Part shown: positions 48,045 through 58,641 of the stretch, piece by piece
Numbering within the stretch: the first letter of the stretch is position 1
Layout of the letters: every line of letters begins with the position of its first letter
Assembly (NCBI GenBank): GCA_018825385.1
Contig: JAHJEX010000006.1
Span: forward strand, 186 to 64,185
DNA length: 64,000 nt
Reading direction: 5' to 3'
From: Patescibacteria group bacterium
Lineage (GTDB): Bacteria > Patescibacteriota > Patescibacteriia > UM-FILTER-42-10
Translations under genes and position numbers: made by a program
The notes under the pieces: model-generated
What the model was told of the DNA's origin: nothing
Seen by the model: the letters and a program-made list of their open reading frames with translations, nothing else
Databases searched by the model: none

Positions 48045-48425
48045 ATGTCAAATAATTCCAAAAAAATCCTTGTCATTGAAGATGAGGAACCCGTAAGAAA
48101 AGTTATAGTAGATGCTTTACAGGATCTGAATTGTGAGGTTTTAGAAGCCAAAAATGGACAAGAAGGCCTGGACATTGCTCTTAGTGAACATCCGGGTTTA
48201 GTTTTACTTGATTTGATTATGCCGAAGTTGGCTGGTCAACAAGTATGTGAAAGACTACGCAGTGATACTTGGGGAAAAAATGTACACGTAATTATCTTGA
48301 CCAATCTCGACAGTAAAACTGAAAAAGAGGAATTAAAAGATCTTAGCGTTGACGATTACCTAGTAAAATCGAATTATAAGTTAGAGGAAATTATGGAAAA
48401 AGTTAAAAAAATATTGTTAATTTAA
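48045..48425 (+). CDS. stand-alone response-regulator receiver protein (third paralog)
   Basis: IEDEEP, VLLDLIMPKLAG, ILTNLDS, DYLVKS. Confidence 0.85.
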   Translation: MSNNSKKILVIEDEEPVRKVIVDALQDLNCEVLEAKNGQEGLDIALSEHPGLVLLDLIMPKLAGQQVCERLRSDTWGKNVHVIILTNLDSKTEKEELKDLSVDDYLVKSNYKLEEIMEKVKKILLI

Positions 48426-48427
48426 AA

Positions 48428-48486
48428 ATGATACAAAATAAAAAAATTCTTATTATCGAGGACAAAGACAATCAAAGGAGTGTTTA
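48428..48486 (+). pseudogene. 19-codon remnant resembling a receiver-domain N-terminus (MIQNKKILIIEDKDNQRSV*)
   Basis: KKILIIEDKDN parallels KKILVIEDEEP of the preceding REC gene. Truncated by a stop codon. Confidence 0.3.
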
Positions 48487-48520
48487 GTAGCGTGGATAAG
48501 GTAGTTTTTTAGCGAATTTA

Positions 48521-48529
48521 TGGTATAAT
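48521..48529 (+). promoter_or_regulatory. extended -10 promoter element TGgTATAAT upstream of the P-type ATPase gene
   Basis: TGnTATAAT match 9 nt before the ATG at 48538. Would give a leaderless or very short-leader mRNA. Confidence 0.4.
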
Positions 48530-48537
48530 AGTACAAT

Positions 48538-51237
48538 ATGGCTGATCAAAAGTTATATAATTTATCGGTTGAGGGTGCTTTAACCTCATTGACAACCACC
48601 AAGAATGGTTTGTCAACAACGGAGGCTCAAGATCGACTGCAAGAACACGGTTTAAACAAACTGCCGGAAGAAAAAAAGGCTTCCTGGCTTCTTTTATTAT
48701 TATCTCAATTCAGAAACTCCTTGGTATATATTTTACTAGTTGCGGCAGTGATCAGTTTCTTTTTGGAAGATTACATTGATATGTCCGTTATACTAGCGGC
48801 GGTTTTTGTCAATGTTGTTGTTGGCTTTATTCAGGAATACAAAGCCAATCAGGCAATGGAGAAATTGAAAAAAGTGATAACGTTTCTGGCAAGAGTAAAG
48901 AGAGATGATCAGGAGCAAGAAATAAAGGCAGAAGAGTTGGTCCCAGGAGACATTGTATTATTGAAAGCTGGAGATAAAATTCCGGCAGATGGACGAATAA
49001 TATTTTCAAAAGATCTCAGAGCGAATGAGGCAAGTCTTACAGGAGAATCAGTCCCTGTTAAAAAAGATGAAGCTCTGATCTCCGGGGAGGTAGTATTGGG
49101 AGAACAAAAGAATATGGTTTTCTTGGGAACGGTCATAGTGCAGGGGATGGCGGAAATAGTAGTTACAAAGACGGGAATCAATACTGAGCTGGGAAAAATT
49201 GCAGCCCTAATCAAAGAAACGCCAGAGGAGCACACACCATTTCAAAAGAAGTTGGACAAATTTAGTCGGCTACTTGGCTATTTAGCTCCAGCCGTGGCAA
49301 TTATAATAATGGTTATTGGAGTATTACAAGGCATACCTTTTGTTCAAATTTTTACAACATCTGTGGCAGTTGCAGTTTCAGCAATTCCTGAGGGATTGGT
49401 AATAGCGGTAACAGCTATTCTTGCAATTGGTATGCAGCGTATTTTAAAGCAGAAGGCTTTGGTCAAAAAACTGGTAGCTGCAGAAACGCTTGGATCGACG
49501 ACTGTTATCTGCACCGATAAAACAGGAACACTTACTCTGGGTGACATGAGAGTATCAAAGCTTGTAACTTTGAATCATGATTTAGAAGCTGAACAGCACT
49601 TAGCTAATCCTGGCAACATAAAGGAACAAACTGAACTTTCTTATTTATTTAGAATTGGTACTTTGTGCAATGATGCCGTCATTCAAAATCCGGAAGATGA
49701 ATTTTCTATGTGGAAGATGATAGGTAATCCTACCGAGCGCGCACTGCTTTCTGTAGGTGCACGTTTAGGGTTCCATAGAGAAAGTCTAGAAAAAGACGAA
49801 CCGCGATTGGATGAAATCCCGTTTGATTCTGATAAGAAATATATGCTGACTCTACACAGAGGAGCAAGGCGAAATATTTTGTATTTGAAGGGTGCTCCGG
49901 AAAGAATCATTGAAATGTCGAAGAAGATTCAGAACGGTACAACTATGAAGCCATTATCTAAGTCGTTGATAAGTCAGTTTGACGACAAATTTGAAGAAAT
50001 GAGCAGAACGGGTCTTCGAATTCTAGCATTTGCATATCTTTCTGTACCTACAACTGTAACTGATCTCAATAATGGAAAACAAATTAAGGAATATATGGAT
50101 CAATTTGTTTTTGTTGGGTTTACCGGAATTAAAGATCCACTGCGGAAAGAGGCAAAAGAAACAATCAAACTATGTAAACAGGCAGGTATTAAAATAGTGA
50201 TGATTACTGGAGATCATAAACTCACAGCACAAGCAATTGCAAAAGAGTTGGGATTAAAGAGCAATCCAGAGAATATAATGGAGGGTTCCGAACTAGCTAG
50301 TATTCGTCCTGAACAACTTGCCGAGAAAGTACAATATATTTCTGTTTACGCTAGAGTAACACCAAAGGACAAGTTGCAGATTGTTCATGCATGGCAGAAA
50401 AGAGGAGAGGTGGTCGCTATGACAGGTGATGGGGTAAATGATGCACCGGCAATTAAAGCTGCTGACATTGGGATAGCATTAGGATCTGGATCTGACGTGG
50501 CAAAAGAAACATCTGACCTAGTAATTCTTGATGATAATTTTAAAACCATTGTAGCAGCTGTCGAACAGGGAAGGATTATCTTTGACAATATCAAAAAAGT
50601 TTTCCTATATTTGCTTTCGGATAGTTTTGCAGAAATCACGCTAATAGTGGGGTCAATATTGGTCAGTGCGTTATTTATTAAGGATTTTCCATTGCCATTA
50701 TTAGCATCTCAAATTCTCTGGATCAATCTGGTAGATGATAGTTTTCCAAGCATTGCTTTGACTCTGGAACCAGGTGAAAGAGATGTAATGAAAGAGCCGC
50801 CAGGCGGTCAACAGAAGACTTTATTTACTTCAGAAATGAAAGCGCTTACTGTAATTATTAGTACTATTATGGGAATTGGGAGTTTAATCCTTTTCTGGTA
50901 TCTGACAGAGCATGGTTGGGACGTAGTCCATGCAAGGACGTTACTGTTCACAATATTTGCTATTAGTACTTTGCTCTATGTATTTAGCGTGCGCTCTGTG
51001 CGTCGCTCAGTTTTCAAGATGAATATCTTTGCTAATAAGCCACTTTTACTTGCTGTCGCAGTTGGATTCGGTTTGCAGCTGATTGCAGTTTATTTAGCAC
51101 CGCTACAAAAACTTCTACATACCGTCCCTTTGAATTGGGCAGATTGGGGAATAGTTTTAATAGCTAGTTTCATATTGATTGCCCTAATAGAGATGACGAA
51201 GGGCTATTATATTCATAAAAGATCAAAACAAAATTAA
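48538..51237 (+). CDS. P-type cation-transporting ATPase (type IIA Ca2+-ATPase-like)
   Basis: Phosphorylation motif ICTDKTGTLT. PEGL in TM4. Hinge MTGDGVNDAPAIKAADIGIA. 10 TM helices. 899 aa. Confidence 0.9.
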   Translation: MADQKLYNLSVEGALTSLTTTKNGLSTTEAQDRLQEHGLNKLPEEKKASWLLLLLSQFRNSLVYILLVAAVISFFLEDYIDMSVILAAVFVNVVVGFIQEYKANQAMEKLKKVITFLARVKRDDQEQEIKAEELVPGDIVLLKAGDKIPADGRIIFSKDLRANEASLTGESVPVKKDEALISGEVVLGEQKNMVFLGTVIVQGMAEIVVTKTGINTELGKIAALIKETPEEHTPFQKKLDKFSRLLGYLAPAVAIIIMVIGVLQGIPFVQIFTTSVAVAVSAIPEGLVIAVTAILAIGMQRILKQKALVKKLVAAETLGSTTVICTDKTGTLTLGDMRVSKLVTLNHDLEAEQHLANPGNIKEQTELSYLFRIGTLCNDAVIQNPEDEFSMWKMIGNPTERALLSVGARLGFHRESLEKDEPRLDEIPFDSDKKYMLTLHRGARRNILYLKGAPERIIEMSKKIQNGTTMKPLSKSLISQFDDKFEEMSRTGLRILAFAYLSVPTTVTDLNNGKQIKEYMDQFVFVGFTGIKDPLRKEAKETIKLCKQAGIKIVMITGDHKLTAQAIAKELGLKSNPENIMEGSELASIRPEQLAEKVQYISVYARVTPKDKLQIVHAWQKRGEVVAMTGDGVNDAPAIKAADIGIALGSGSDVAKETSDLVILDDNFKTIVAAVEQGRIIFDNIKKVFLYLLSDSFAEITLIVGSILVSALFIKDFPLPLLASQILWINLVDDSFPSIALTLEPGERDVMKEPPGGQQKTLFTSEMKALTVIISTIMGIGSLILFWYLTEHGWDVVHARTLLFTIFAISTLLYVFSVRSVRRSVFKMNIFANKPLLLAVAVGFGLQLIAVYLAPLQKLLHTVPLNWADWGIVLIASFILIALIEMTKGYYIHKRSKQN

Positions 51238-51256
51238 TTTGATAATGATTAAATAA

Positions 51257-52096
51257 ATGCCTGAATCAATAATTAATTGGCTGACTGATCATGGAATAAG
51301 AATAGCAATAATTATTTTGCTGGGGTTACTACTTGATAAAACTGTGGATAGGTTTGCTGATAGAACGATAAAAAAATTTGTTGTAAAAAAGCAACAACAT
51401 CGTGATATGGAAGAGATTGAACAACGGGCGGAAACCTTAACAGATGTATTTAATACCACAACATCTGTTGTTGTTACTTCAGTAGTAATTATGATGGTTC
51501 TTCCTGAACTTGGCATGGCAATCGGCCCGCTATTGGCTGGTGCAGGTGTTGTAGGACTCGCAGTTGGTTTTGGTGCTCAGAATTTGGTGCGAGATTTCTT
51601 TGCAGGATTATTTATTCTTATTGAAGATCAATATTCAATTGGTGATGTGATCCGAGTAGGTGATGTAGCGGGAAGTGTGGAAATTATAAATCTTAGAAGG
51701 ACGGTCCTTCGTGATTTAGATGGAGTACAACATCATATTCCAAACGGTGAGATCAAACTGGCTTCAAATCTTACAAAGGATTGGTCAAAAATAAATATCC
51801 AGGTTCCGGTTTCTTATGACACGAATATTGATATGGTTACAGCACTGTTAAATAAGATAGGAAAGGATTTAGCTGAAAGCGAAGAATACAAAGAATCATT
51901 TATTGATGCGCCAAACGTTTTGGGACTAGATAAATTTGGTCCCTCTGAGCTGCTTTTGAAAGTAGTTGCAAAAACTAGACCTGGGAAACAATGGGAAATG
52001 GCGCGTGAACTTAGAAAAAGGATTAAAACAACATTTGATGAAGAAGGAATTGAGATTCCATTTCCTCAGAGAGTGGTGCATCAGATTAACAAGTAA
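51257..52096 (+). CDS. mscS: small-conductance mechanosensitive channel (MscS family)
   Basis: Three N-terminal TM helices. Conserved beta domain IGDVIRVGDVAGSVEIINLRRTVLRDLDGVQHHIPNGEI. Confidence 0.85.
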   Translation: MPESIINWLTDHGIRIAIIILLGLLLDKTVDRFADRTIKKFVVKKQQHRDMEEIEQRAETLTDVFNTTTSVVVTSVVIMMVLPELGMAIGPLLAGAGVVGLAVGFGAQNLVRDFFAGLFILIEDQYSIGDVIRVGDVAGSVEIINLRRTVLRDLDGVQHHIPNGEIKLASNLTKDWSKINIQVPVSYDTNIDMVTALLNKIGKDLAESEEYKESFIDAPNVLGLDKFGPSELLLKVVAKTRPGKQWEMARELRKRIKTTFDEEGIEIPFPQRVVHQINK

Positions 52097-52102
52097 GTAT
52101 CA

Positions 52103-52122
52103 AAAAACCCCTCAGGTTTTTG
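52103..52122. terminator. weak bidirectional hairpin (AAAAACC-cctca-GGTTTTT) between mscS and the bL28 gene
   Basis: AT-rich stem with only 2-3 GC pairs. Lies between convergent genes. Confidence 0.25.
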
Positions 52123-52199
52123 AGAGAGGAACTTGACCCGGGCCAGGGCATTTAGAATAAATGCAACTGGCAACGGGTTGACAAATAATATTGAAAACG

Positions 52200-52376
52200 T
52201 TATTTTTTCAACTTAGACTGACTCTTAATACAACGTGCACAGGCCTTCACCTTTTTCCCTTCGTAAGTGGTCTTCTGCAAATTTAAAAACTGTTTACGTT
52301 TTGTGGAAATATTCGAATGACTTCTTGATACAGCGGAGAGCGCACCTCTTCCACATATTTCACAGACTTTTGCCAT
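52200..52376 (-). CDS. rpmB: 50S ribosomal protein bL28 (58 aa), absent from the ORF track because it is shorter than 60 aa
   Basis: Manual minus-strand translation gives MAKVCEICGRGALSAVSRSHSNISTKRKQFLNLQKTTYEGKKVKACARCIKSQSKLKK. This matches the bL28 pattern (CxxCG...NxSHSN..TKR.F.NLQ...CxxC). Confidence 0.75.
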   Translation of the reverse strand: MAKVCEICGRGALSAVSRSHSNISTKRKQFLNLQKTTYEGKKVKACARCIKSQSKLKK

Positions 52377-52452
52377 ACACTTATAATAGAATAGTTAATA
52401 AATCAAAATTCCGCTCTAGATTAACATAATTGAAATATAAACGCAAATATAA

Positions 52453-53094
52453 ATGATTCTAAAACTTCTTTTTGAAGAGCCTGCACTATTTTTGGCATGG
52501 ATATTGGCAATAATATTTGGAATTACAGTTCATGAATTTTCTCATGCATTTGCAGCAACTTTACAGGGTGATCGTACGCCAAAATACAATGGAAGGCTCA
52601 CTCTTAACCCCTTGTCACATTTAGATTTCCTTGGGTTTATAGTACTGCTTATTGCCGGATTTGGTTGGGGTAAACCGGTTGGATTCAACCCATATAATAT
52701 AAAAAACAAGAAATATGGTCCTGCCCTTATTGCTTTGGCGGGCCCGATTACCAATTTTATTGCGGTAATAGTTTTTGGGTTAATTTTAAAGCTGATTATA
52801 AGTAACGAATTATTGGGAGTTGAAAACTTACTAGTGATTTTTATAGCAGCTTTAGTCCAAATAAATCTAATTTTGGGTCTATTCAATCTGATCCCCATTC
52901 CTCCATTAGACGGATCTCATCTCTTATTTGCTGTACTAAAACCATCTGCTGATAATCTCAAAAGGTCACTTGAGAGGTATGGACCAATGATTCTTTTAGG
53001 ACTAATAATTTTTGATAATTTCTTTGGTTTTTCCATCTTTTCCTCAATTTTTGGAGGAATTTCTAATTTTGTTTTTCAAATTTTTGGATCATAA
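52453..53094 (+). CDS. site-2 protease family (M50) intramembrane zinc metalloprotease
   Basis: HEFSHAFAA (HExxH). LDG motif NLIPIPPLDGSHLL. Polytopic, 213 aa. Confidence 0.8.
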   Translation: MILKLLFEEPALFLAWILAIIFGITVHEFSHAFAATLQGDRTPKYNGRLTLNPLSHLDFLGFIVLLIAGFGWGKPVGFNPYNIKNKKYGPALIALAGPITNFIAVIVFGLILKLIISNELLGVENLLVIFIAALVQINLILGLFNLIPIPPLDGSHLLFAVLKPSADNLKRSLERYGPMILLGLIIFDNFFGFSIFSSIFGGISNFVFQIFGS

Positions 53095-53238
53095 ACGCAT
53101 AATAACTCTATAAAAAGGAGGGGGATTGACCCCGTTGGAGTGTTACTATACTCTAATGGGGTTGACCTACACAAATATATTTGGTACACTCAGCCGTGTG
53201 GTATAATATATAGTCAGATTATTTTTTTTATCCAAACA

Positions 53239-53664
53239 ATGCCTACCATAAATCAATTAATAAGAAAACCCAGAAAATCCCATAAGAAGAAGTCAAAGAC
53301 TCCTGCTTTGGAGATTACTTTAAATCCAATCAAAAGGAAAAAAACCAAACTTCCTAAGGGTTCGCCTTTTAAACAGGGCATCTGCGTAAAAGTGACTACA
53401 ATGACTCCTAAAAAACCTAACTCAGCTTTGCGTAAAATTGCCAGAGTAAGGCTTTCTAACGGAATGGAAGTAACGGCCTATATCCCTGGGATTGGTCATA
53501 ATCTTCAAGAACATTCCATTGTAATGATTCGTGGAGGAAGGGTAAAAGACCTTTCTGGTGTCAGATATCATGTAGTAAGAGGTGTATATGATACTCAGGG
53601 GGTAGATGGACGCAAACAAAGTCGCAGTATGTATGGGGCAAAGAAAGAGAAAGCTACTAAATAA
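53239..53664 (+). CDS. rpsL: 30S ribosomal protein uS12
   Basis: [13 protein letters not shown]...NSALRK...VRLSNG...GHNLQEHS...[12 protein letters not shown]. The reported ORF starts at 53140, but the conserved N-terminus begins at the ATG at 53239. Confidence 0.95.
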   Translation: MPTINQLIRKPRKSHKKKSKTPALEITLNPIKRKKTKLPKGSPFKQGICVKVTTMTPKKPNSALRKIARVRLSNGMEVTAYIPGIGHNLQEHSIVMIRGGRVKDLSGVRYHVVRGVYDTQGVDGRKQSRSMYGAKKEKATK

Positions 53665-53675
53665 AAAAAAACTAG

Positions 53676-54140
53676 ATGAGAGGAAAACAAGCACCAAAAC
53701 GTGTTATTCAACCAGATTTGAAATATAATAGTGTTGTAATCGCGAAATTTATTAATCTAATAATGACTCGGGGAAAAAAATCTGTTGCTGAGCGGGTTCT
53801 TTATGACTCTTTTGATATTATTCAACAAAAAACCAAAAAAGATCCTCTGGAAGTGTTTAATCAGGCAATGAAGAATGTATCTCCAGTAGTAGAAGTAAAA
53901 TCACGTAGAATTGGGGGAGCCAACTATCAGATCCCTATTGAGGTCAAGGGAGATAGACGGTCTGCGTTGGCAATGCGCTGGATTATCACTGCTGCACAGT
54001 CTCGTAAAGGTAGGCCCATGAGAGAAAAGCTTTCTCAAGAATTAATGGATGCTGCGGAAGATCAAGGAGCAGCAATTAAGAAGCGAGAAGACGTCCACAG
54101 AATGGCTGAAGCTAATCGCGCTTTTGCTCATTTTGCTTAG
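53676..54140 (+). CDS. rpsG: 30S ribosomal protein uS7
   Basis: [28 protein letters not shown]...NYQIPIEV. Confidence 0.95.
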   Translation: MRGKQAPKRVIQPDLKYNSVVIAKFINLIMTRGKKSVAERVLYDSFDIIQQKTKKDPLEVFNQAMKNVSPVVEVKSRRIGGANYQIPIEVKGDRRSALAMRWIITAAQSRKGRPMREKLSQELMDAAEDQGAAIKKREDVHRMAEANRAFAHFA

Positions 54141-54169
54141 TTTTATTATTATAATCATTAATCACATCC

Positions 54170-56251
54170 ATGCCGAGAGAATATAGTCTAGAAAATACAA
54201 GAAACATTGGAATCATCGCTCATATCGATGCAGGAAAGACCACTGTAACTGAGCGAGTTCTTTATTATACAGGTAAAAAGCATAAAATTGGTGAGGTCCA
54301 TGAAGGTGAAGCAGAAATGGATTGGATGGAACAAGAGAAAGAACGTGGAATTACTATAACAGCTGCGGCCACTACTTGTTTTTGGAAGGATCATCGAATA
54401 AATATCATTGATACCCCAGGTCATATTGACTTTACAGTTGAGGTACAGCGCTCACTGCGCGTACTTGATGGGGGAGTAGTAGTGTTTGACGGTGTTGCTG
54501 GTGTAGAACCTCAGTCTGAAACTGTGTGGCATCAAGCAGATAAGTACAATGTTCCAAGAATTGCGTTTATTAATAAAATGGATCGTACAGGAGCTGACTT
54601 CTACTCTGATTTAGATTCTATTTATGAGCGTTTAACAAAAAATGCGCATCCAGCTCAATTGCCAATTGGTGCTGAAACGGATTTTACTGGTATTATTGAT
54701 CTCCTTTTAATGAAAGCGTATGTCTACAAAGATGACATGGGCAGGGAATGGGAAGAAACTGAAGTCCCAGATGACATGAAAAAAAAATCTGAGGAATATC
54801 GCAGTAAACTGGTGGAGGCTATTGTAGAGAATGATGACGGTTTAATGAGCCTATACCTTGAAGAAAAAGAGGTCCCTGTTGAAGATTTGAAAAAAGCTCT
54901 AAGAAAAGGAACTATTGCCAATACAATTGTCCCTGTTTTTGTTGGCTCAGCTCTCAAGAACAAGGGCGTACAATTTTTATTAGATGCTGTTACTGACTAC
55001 TTACCTTCCCCTTTAGATGTTCCTGCAGTTGAAGGTGAAGATCCAAAAACTGGAGAAAAAGTAGCCAGAGAACCAGACGATGAAGGTCCTTTTGCTGCAT
55101 TGGCATTTAAAGTTGCGGCTGATCCCTTCGTTGGAAAACTTACTTTTTTCCGTGTGTATTCTGGTAAAATTGAATCCGGTTCTTATGTGTTAAATCAAAC
55201 TACAGGAAAAAAAGAGCGCATCAGTAGAATTATTCGATTACATGCGAATGATAGAGAGGAAGTGAAAGAAGTATTCAGCGGTGATATAGCAGCGGGAGTT
55301 GGCTTAAAAGATACTACAACCGGGGATACATTATGTGATCTTGAAAAACCGGTTATTCTAGAGAAGATAATATTTCCAGAACCCGTAATTGCTGTTGCAG
55401 TTGAGCCAAAAACCAAAGCCGATCAGGATAAATTAGGGCATGCCTTAGCTAGTCTTTCAGAAGAAGATCCTACCTTCCGTGTAAAAACAGAGGAAGAAAC
55501 TGGTCAGACTCTAATTTCTGGAATGGGGGAATTGCATTTGGAAGTTATCGTGGATCGAATGAAAAGAGAGTTTAATGTTGAGGCAAATGTTGGTAAACCA
55601 TTGGTCGCTTATAAAGAAACAATCAAAAAAACTGCAATCGGAGAGGGAAAATTTGTTAGACAATCTGGTGGACGTGGCCAATATGGTCATTGTGTTCTTA
55701 ATGTTGAACCTTTGGAAAAGGGAAAAGGATTTGAATTTGTAGATAAAATTAAGGGCGGAAACATTCCATCTGAATATATCCCGGCAATTGAAAAAGGTAT
55801 GAAGGAAGCAATGGATAATGGTGTTTTGGCAGGTTATCCTTTAGTAGATATTCGGGCAACTGTAACAGATGGAAGTTATCATGAAGTTGATTCTTCTGAA
55901 GCGGCGTTTAAGATTGCTGGTTCAATGGGGCTTAAAGATGCCATAAGAAAAGCTGACCCAGTACTATTAGAGCCAATTATGAAAGTAGAAGTAACAACAC
56001 CCGAAGAGTTTATGGGTGATGTAATTGGTGATTTGAATTCAAAGCGTGCCAGTATTAAAGAAATGCGTGATCGAAAGAATATTAAGGTAATTGATGCGGA
56101 TGTTCCGTTAGCTGAAATGTTTGGTTATGCAACTACACTAAGATCTACTACTCAGGGAAGAGCCAGCTATTCAATGGAATTATCCCACTTTGCTGAAGTC
56201 CCCAAGAATGTCGCAAATACGATCATTGATGATTCTGCCGAAAAGAAGTAG
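54170..56251 (+). CDS. fusA: elongation factor G
   Basis: G domain [21 protein letters not shown]. 693 aa. Confidence 0.95.
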   Translation: MPREYSLENTRNIGIIAHIDAGKTTVTERVLYYTGKKHKIGEVHEGEAEMDWMEQEKERGITITAAATTCFWKDHRINIIDTPGHIDFTVEVQRSLRVLDGGVVVFDGVAGVEPQSETVWHQADKYNVPRIAFINKMDRTGADFYSDLDSIYERLTKNAHPAQLPIGAETDFTGIIDLLLMKAYVYKDDMGREWEETEVPDDMKKKSEEYRSKLVEAIVENDDGLMSLYLEEKEVPVEDLKKALRKGTIANTIVPVFVGSALKNKGVQFLLDAVTDYLPSPLDVPAVEGEDPKTGEKVAREPDDEGPFAALAFKVAADPFVGKLTFFRVYSGKIESGSYVLNQTTGKKERISRIIRLHANDREEVKEVFSGDIAAGVGLKDTTTGDTLCDLEKPVILEKIIFPEPVIAVAVEPKTKADQDKLGHALASLSEEDPTFRVKTEEETGQTLISGMGELHLEVIVDRMKREFNVEANVGKPLVAYKETIKKTAIGEGKFVRQSGGRGQYGHCVLNVEPLEKGKGFEFVDKIKGGNIPSEYIPAIEKGMKEAMDNGVLAGYPLVDIRATVTDGSYHEVDSSEAAFKIAGSMGLKDAIRKADPVLLEPIMKVEVTTPEEFMGDVIGDLNSKRASIKEMRDRKNIKVIDADVPLAEMFGYATTLRSTTQGRASYSMELSHFAEVPKNVANTIIDDSAEKK

Positions 56252-56286
56252 AATAAGAGTATAACTTACAATTATTAGCACCTATT

Positions 56287-56631
56287 ATGACTAACAATTT
56301 CAAATGGTTCCTGGTAGTTGCAGCATCTGTCCTTTGTATAATGATTATTTGGATTTATAAGGTCAACACTGTTGAAGAGTCTTCATTTTATCAGGTTATT
56401 GTTAGAGGAAGAATTAAGGTTGAAATATCAGTAGAACCAGAGGATGTTAAACCGGTCATATATATGGATAGTGAAAAAGTGGGAAACACTACACCATTAC
56501 TGCTAAAAGTTGCCCCAGATAACTATTTAATTCGAGTTGAAGCGGAAGGATATGAGTCTGCTGAACAGGAAGTAATAGTAAAAACACTAAGAACTACAGA
56601 GGTGAATTTCAAGCTACAATCCCTTGAATGA
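56287..56631 (+). CDS. small membrane-anchored protein with PEGA-like beta domain, inserted between fusA and tuf
   Basis: N-terminal TM helix. PEGA-like pattern PEDVKPVIYMDSEKVGNTTPLLLKVAPDNYLIRVEAEGYESAEQEVIV. Confidence 0.55.
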   Translation: MTNNFKWFLVVAASVLCIMIIWIYKVNTVEESSFYQVIVRGRIKVEISVEPEDVKPVIYMDSEKVGNTTPLLLKVAPDNYLIRVEAEGYESAEQEVIVKTLRTTEVNFKLQSLE

Positions 56632-56682
56632 AGCAATTTTGGCTAAAGTAAGCCAAAATAGTGTAATAGCTACTATGGAGAC

Positions 56683-56711
56683 TTGCCAAAATATTTACAC
56701 CTTGATATAAT
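56683..56711 (+). promoter_or_regulatory. sigma70-like promoter TTGCCA-N17-TATAAT upstream of tuf
   Basis: Hexamers and spacing read directly from the sequence. Preceded by the hairpin TTTTGGCT-aaagta-AGCCAAAA at 56634-56655. Confidence 0.5.
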
Positions 56712-56787
56712 CATCAATACTTTGATTAGACAATAAAACCTAATTTTAGCGAAATACTATATATTAAATAAATTAAAAATAAGCAAA

Positions 56788-57978
56788 ATGGCAGAAAAAT
56801 TTGACAGATCAAAACCGCATATCAATATTGGTACTATTGGGCATGTTGATCACGGAAAAACTACGCTAACTGCAGCAATTTTAAAATACCTTATTTCACA
56901 AGGAAAGACGGCCCAAGATAGGTCAGTAGACCAGATTGATAATGCCCCTGAAGAAAAAGAGCGCGGTATTACTATTGCTACATCACATGTAGAATATGAA
57001 ACTGACAAGCGTCACTATGCTCACGTCGACTGTCCTGGACATGCTGATTACATCAAAAATATGATTACTGGAGCAGCACAAATGGACGGTGCAATTCTTG
57101 TAGTTTCTGCTGCTGATGGACCAATGCCTCAGACTCGAGAACACATTTTACTTGCCAGACAGGTAGGTGTGCCTTATATTGTTGTTTTCCTCAACAAAAC
57201 TGATCAAGTTGATGATAAAGAGCTTGTTGATTTAGTTGAAGAGGAAATCAAAGATTTGCTAAAAAAATATGAATTTCCTGGCGATGAAACCCCAATTATT
57301 AAGGGATCAGCACTAAAAGCACTTGAAAATCCAGATGATGCTGAAGCAAATAAACCTATTCAAGAACTTATTGATGCAATTGACAGCTATATTCCAGATC
57401 CAAAAAGAGCAGTAGATGAAGACTTTCTTATGCCTATCGAGGATATTTTCTCAATCGAAGGTCGTGGGACAGTAGTTACCGGAAGGATTGAGAAAGGTAA
57501 AATAAACCTTAATGATGAAGTTGAAATTGTTGGAGTCAATGAAACAACAAAGACTGTTGTCACTGGAATAGAAATGTTCAACAAGCAACTTGATGAAGGC
57601 CAGGCTGGTGATAACGCAGGAATCTTGCTTCGAGGAACTAAGAAAGACGAAGTAGAAAGAGGACAAGTGCTTGCCAAACCTGGAACCATTACTCCGCATA
57701 CTGAATTTGAAGCTGAAATCTATGTTCTAAGCAAAGAAGAAGGTGGTCGTCATACTCCTTTCTCAAAAGGGTATAAACCACAATTCTATATTAGAACTAC
57801 AGATGTAACTGGTGAATTAATTTTTCCTGAAGGAACTGAAATGGTAATGCCTGGTGACACTGTATCTTTGGGCGTAAAACTGATTGTGCCTATTGCACTT
57901 CAAGAAAAGCAGCGTTTTGCTGTTAGAGAAGGTGGCCATACAGTAGCATCAGGAGTAGTAACTAAAGTAACAAAATAG
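56788..57978 (+). CDS. tuf: elongation factor Tu
   Basis: [26 protein letters not shown]. 396 aa. Confidence 0.95.
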   Translation: MAEKFDRSKPHINIGTIGHVDHGKTTLTAAILKYLISQGKTAQDRSVDQIDNAPEEKERGITIATSHVEYETDKRHYAHVDCPGHADYIKNMITGAAQMDGAILVVSAADGPMPQTREHILLARQVGVPYIVVFLNKTDQVDDKELVDLVEEEIKDLLKKYEFPGDETPIIKGSALKALENPDDAEANKPIQELIDAIDSYIPDPKRAVDEDFLMPIEDIFSIEGRGTVVTGRIEKGKINLNDEVEIVGVNETTKTVVTGIEMFNKQLDEGQAGDNAGILLRGTKKDEVERGQVLAKPGTITPHTEFEAEIYVLSKEEGGRHTPFSKGYKPQFYIRTTDVTGELIFPEGTEMVMPGDTVSLGVKLIVPIALQEKQRFAVREGGHTVASGVVTKVTK

Positions 57979-57983
57979 GTATC

Positions 57984-58010
57984 GAGGCCCCTGTTTCGGG
58001 GGCCTCTTTA
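57984..58010 (+). terminator. rho-independent terminator after tuf
   Basis: GAGGCCCC-tgtttc-GGGGCCTC followed by TTTATCTG. Confidence 0.6.
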
Positions 58011-58048
58011 TCTGTCTAAATGAGCAAATTTAAAATATAAATTTTCAC

Positions 58049-58423
58049 ATGGTAACTGAACGGAAGACATCTGAAAAAAAAGATCAAAAAGGTGCAAACG
58101 GGGATGCCGATACAAAGGTAGTCCAGCGGATTCGAATCAAGATCAAAGCATACGACAGTAAGATTATTGATCAGTCGACTCGTACGATTATTGAAACTGC
58201 TGAAAGATCCGGTGCAAAAATATCCGGACCTGTGCCCTTGCCAACCGAAAAGAACAAGTACACGGTTAATAGATCTTCATTTGTTCATAAGACATCTAGA
58301 GAACAGTATGAAATGCGTATTCACAAACGCCTGATTGACATTATTGATCCTACTGCAAAGACTATCGATACGCTAATGAGCCTGAGTCTTCCAGCCGGAG
58401 TCGATGTGGAAATTAAAATGTAA
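58049..58423 (+). CDS. rpsJ: 30S ribosomal protein uS10 with ~25-aa charged N-terminal extension
   Basis: [18 protein letters not shown]...ISGPVPLPT...[19 protein letters not shown]. Confidence 0.95.
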   Translation: MVTERKTSEKKDQKGANGDADTKVVQRIRIKIKAYDSKIIDQSTRTIIETAERSGAKISGPVPLPTEKNKYTVNRSSFVHKTSREQYEMRIHKRLIDIIDPTAKTIDTLMSLSLPAGVDVEIKM

Positions 58424-58641
58424 AATAAAAACCTTTCAAAACAAAACATTCATAACTTATTTGGGTGTCAGTAATGATCCTGGGCACAGATCCAAGGATA
58501 TCGACTGGAGACTCAAAAACGTTATTACGGAGTCATAAATTCATCATACAAACTTAAGAGCGTAGTGTATCAGGGCTTAATCTGGGTCCGGATACTGATG
58601 ATGTAATTGTGGCTTTATCAGCCGCGATTTTTTTTAAAACT

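Noticed and set aside
53140-53238. N-terminal 33-codon extension of the rpsL ORF as reported in the track
   Set aside because: The extension is unconserved, and the canonical uS12 N-terminus [10 protein letters not shown] begins at the ATG at 53239. The upstream region also contains promoter-like elements.
58609-58641. GTG-initiated start of the rplC ORF at 58609
   Set aside because: The conserved uL3 N-terminus (MKFILGKKLGMSRKF) begins at the ATG at 58642. The extra 11 residues lie in the T-rich spacer.
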